Virus record (IMG/VR): IMGVR_UViG_3300046007_010127
Reading direction: 5' to 3' (one strand)
Length of the DNA: 63,706 bases
Source: an uncultured virus (IMG/VR IMGVR_UViG_3300046007_010127)
Lineage: Duplodnaviria; Heunggongvirae; Uroviricota; Caudoviricetes
Under the pieces are notes generated by a model, which was given only the letters and a program-made list of their open reading frames with translations, was not told the origin of the DNA and did no database searches. Below are positions 60,809 to 63,706 of this stretch, in pieces (the stretch's first letter is position 1; every line of letters starts with the position of its first letter). Both the position numbers and the translations under genes were made by a program.

Positions 60809-63706
60809 ATGCCACAGATATCAGGATTACCAGTAACTATGATCGCCAGCGTTCAGCCCGGATCGGTTACTGTTAATAGCTATTATAATAACCCCTCTAG
60901 TGTTTGGAACGGATTCCCATCTAGCTTTAATTGTACACTTAATTTAATAGCTACTCCAACATCGCAGGAACCGAATTTTACCTTCGATGCTAACGATCTT
61001 GCGGATGGTATGTGGCTGTTACAGCCAAATGGAAATGCCTTCTTAATAACTAATATTACAGTTATTAATAATCTGGAGGTTGATGTGACTCTAAGAGACA
61101 TAGAGCTCTATAATTTAGTAAGTGACTATACAGTATCAGGTAACAATTATCCAACCGAGGGGATCAACGGAATAACCTTCGAAGTATCTGAAGATGGAGC
61201 GCCAGTAACTGCATTAATAGCTACTGCTTTAGCACCGAATCTGGACGAGAATGGCTACTGGATCGATGATGCTTTAGCTAGATTCCAATACCGTAACATA
61301 GTTAAAGCTAGCTATACGAACGTTTTTTCTCCTAACCCAACATATACCGCATTTAGTGTAGGACAAGTCGTTTATTTGGACACTTATGGCGTATTTGATA
61401 TAGTAGACACGACATCAATAGCTGAAGTAGAAAAAGCATTTGGTGTTGTAACTTCTATAAATGAACCAGAAGACGGAAATATTAATGTAAGACCCTTTGG
61501 TAGAATAGTAACTACACCTTTCTCTTTACCTGGAAGTATTGGAGAGGTCCTATATTTCGATAGCTCAGCAAGTCCCTCTTTTGTCACAAATGTTAAACCT
61601 ACAGTAAATCCTATACCGGTTTACATTAAAATAAATAATAATACAGCATCCTACTTATATCCAGCACAAGGAGGGGGAAGCTCTACTTCTGGTATAAGCG
61701 GAAGCTCTGGTACTAGTGGTACTAGCGGTACTTCTGGTTCTTCGGGGATTAGCGGAACTAGTGGATCTTCGGGAACAAGTGGAACATCAGGAACTGATGG
61801 AACTAGTGGATCTTCAGGAACAAGCGGAACTGATGGAACCAGTGGATCTTCAGGAACAAGTGGAACTGACGGAACAAGCGGATCTTCAGGATCTTCAGGA
61901 ACATCAGGATCTTCTGGAACTAGCGGAAATGACGGAACTAGCGGATCCTCAGGAACATCAGGATCTTCAGGAACATCAGGATCTTCAGGAACTAGTGGAT
62001 CTTCAGGAACTAGTGGAACCGACGGAACTAGTGGATCTTCAGGAACTAGCGGAACCGATGGAACTAGTGGAACCGACGGAACTAGTGGATCTTCAGGAAC
62101 TAGCGGAACCGATGGAACTAGTGGATCTTCAGGAACTAGTGGATCTTCAGGAACAAGCGGAACTAGTGGATCTTCAGGAACTAGTGGATCTTCAGGAACA
62201 TCAGGAACATCAGGATCTTCAGGAACTAGTGGAACTGATGGAACTAGTGGATCTTCAGGATCTAGTGGATCTAGTGGATCTTCAGGAACATCAGGATCTT
62301 CAGGAACTAGCGGAAATGACGGAACTAGTGGATCTTCAGGATCTTCAGGAACTAGTGGATCTTCAGGAACTAGTGGATCTTCAGGAACATCAGGAACATC
62401 AGGATCTTCAGGAACTAGTGGAACTGATGGAACTAGTGGATCTTCAGGATCTAGTGGATCTAGTGGATCTTCAGGAACATCAGGATCTTCAGGAACTAGC
62501 GGAAATGACGGAACTAGTGGATCTTCAGGATCTTCAGGAACTAGTGGATCTTCAGGAACTAGTGGATCTTCAGGAGCAAGTGGATCTTCAGGAACATCAG
62601 GAACATCAGGATCTTCAGGAACATCAGGATCTTCAGGAACTAGCGGAACTGATGGAACTAGTGGATCTTCAGGAACTAGTGGAACTGATGGAACTAGTGG
62701 ATCTTCAGGAACATCAGGAACTAGCGGATCTTCAGGAACAAGCGGATCTTCAGGGACATCAGGAACAAGTGGATCTTCAGGATCTTCAGGATCTTCAGGA
62801 ACATCAGGAACAAGCGGATCTTCAGGATCTTCAGGAACAAGCGGATCTTCAGGAACAAGCGGATCTTCAGGAACATCAGGAACAAGCGGATCTTCAGGAA
62901 CATCAGGAACAAGTGGATCCTCAGGAACGTCAGGAACAAGCGGATCTTCAGGAACAAGCGGATCTTCAGGGACATCAGGAACAAGCGGATCTTCAGGATC
63001 TTCAGGATCTTCAGGAACTGACGGAACAAGCGGATCTTCAGGGACATCAGGAACAAGCGGATCTTCAGGATCTTCAGGATCCTCAGGAACAAGCGGATCT
63101 TCAGGATCTTCAGGAACAAGCGGGACTGACGGAACAAGCGGATCTTCAGGAACATCAGGAACAAGCGGATCTTCAGGAACATCAGGAACTGACGGAACAA
63201 GTGGATCTTCAGGATCTTCAGGAACTAGTGGATCTTCAGGAACATCAGGATCTTCAGGAACATCAGGAACATCAGGATCTTCAGGAACATCAGGATCTTC
63301 AGGAACATCAGGAACAAGCGGATCTTCAGGATCTTCAGGAACAAGCGGAACTGACGGAACAAGCGGATCTTCAGGAACATCAGGATCTTCAGGAACAAGT
63401 GGATCTTCAGGAACAAGCGGATCTTCAGGAACAAGTGGAACATCAGGTTCTTCAGGAACAAGTGGATCTTCAGGAACAAGTGGAACATCAGGATCTTCAG
63501 GAGCAAGTGGATCTTCAGGATCAAGTGGAACTTCAGGATCAAGTGGATCTTCAGGATCTTCAGGATCAAGTGGAACATCAGGTTCTTCAGGAGCTAGTGG
63601 ATCTTCAGGATCTTCAGGAACAAGTGGATCTTCAGGAACAAGTGGAACATCAGGATCTTCAGGAACAAGTGGATCCTCAGGAACAAGCGGAACATCAGGA
63701 TCTTCA
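60809..63706 (+). CDS. Large fibre-like protein with very long (Gly-X-Ser)n repeat (3' truncated, absent from ORF track)
   Basis: ATG 60809 after GATAAATA (60777); MPQISGLPVT...; frame stays open to the window end. Confidence 0.85.
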   Translation, partial: MPQISGLPVTMIASVQPGSVTVNSYYNNPSSVWNGFPSSFNCTLNLIATPTSQEPNFTFDANDLADGMWLLQPNGNAFLITNITVINNLEVDVTLRDIELYNLVSDYTVSGNNYPTEGINGITFEVSEDGAPVTALIATALAPNLDENGYWIDDALARFQYRNIVKASYTNVFSPNPTYTAFSVGQVVYLDTYGVFDIVDTTSIAEVEKAFGVVTSINEPEDGNINVRPFGRIVTTPFSLPGSIGEVLYFDSSASPSFVTNVKPTVNPIPVYIKINNNTASYLYPAQGGGSSTSGISGSSGTSGTSGTSGSSGISGTSGSSGTSGTSGTDGTSGSSGTSGTDGTSGSSGTSGTDGTSGSSGSSGTSGSSGTSGNDGTSGSSGTSGSSGTSGSSGTSGSSGTSGTDGTSGSSGTSGTDGTSGTDGTSGSSGTSGTDGTSGSSGTSGSSGTSGTSGSSGTSGSSGTSGTSGSSGTSGTDGTSGSSGSSGSSGSSGTSGSSGTSGNDGTSGSSGSSGTSGSSGTSGSSGTSGTSGSSGTSGTDGTSGSSGSSGSSGSSGTSGSSGTSGNDGTSGSSGSSGTSGSSGTSGSSGASGSSGTSGTSGSSGTSGSSGTSGTDGTSGSSGTSGTDGTSGSSGTSGTSGSSGTSGSSGTSGTSGSSGSSGSSGTSGTSGSSGSSGTSGSSGTSGSSGTSGTSGSSGTSGTSGSSGTSGTSGSSGTSGSSGTSGTSGSSGSSGSSGTDGTSGSSGTSGTSGSSGSSGSSGTSGSSGSSGTSGTDGTSGSSGTSGTSGSSGTSGTDGTSGSSGSSGTSGSSGTSGSSGTSGTSGSSGTSGSSGTSGTSGSSGSSGTSGTDGTSGSSGTSGSSGTSGSSGTSGSSGTSGTSGSSGTSGSSGTSGTSGSSGASGSSGSSGTSGSSGSSGSSGSSGTSGSSGASGSSGSSGTSGSSGTSGTSGSSGTSGSSGTSGTSGSS
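61688..63706 (+). repeat. Coding 9-bp tandem repeat (ggatcttca / ggaacatca / ggaactagt / ggaacaagc)
   Basis: About 2 kb of GSS/GTS/GTD triplets. Confidence 0.95.

Noticed and set aside
61688..63706. Long repeat array as CRISPR, and the minus-strand ORFs 62721..63200 and 63225..63578
   Set aside because: Units are 9-bp coding triplet repeats with no unique spacers; the minus-strand ORFs are antisense shadows of the repeat.

Overview
This AT-rich 63.7-kb window comes from a large T4-like (jumbo-type) myovirus genome in the standard genetic code. The host is probably Bacteroidota, inferred from TAnnTTTG promoters, A-rich start regions without Shine-Dalgarno sites and GTTCTTTGA boxA sites. The left part (1-19 kb) is accessory: a TROVE/Ro60 protein, three tRNA operons (19 intact tRNAs, one chimeric Val/His pseudo-tRNA and one atypical tRNA-like RNA), an RNA-repair-type HAD protein, a methyltransferase, a glycosyltransferase, an HNH nuclease, GMP reductase/IMPDH, a divergent thymidylate-synthase homolog, an SLT-like protein and a SET protein. 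The right part carries T4-like core genes: UvsX, gp41, gp46/47, neck, terminase, sheath, two tail tubes, two portals, gp55 and ECF sigma factors, ligase, clamp loader, RNase H and collagen-like fibres. The main discovery is that each tRNA operon has the same leader, missed by the ORF track: promoter, short leader peptide, antiterminator in the last codons, intrinsic terminator, boxA, then tRNAs. Each leader's codons match the isoacceptors of its own downstream tRNAs. This looks like a ribosome-stalling attenuation system that turns phage tRNA genes on when those tRNAs are depleted. Also notable are a probable -1 frameshift (A-AAA-AAG plus hairpin) at 47.7 kb, structured ncRNA candidates inside the tRNA arrays, and three promoter classes. 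All calls come from reading the sequence by eye; no searches were run.
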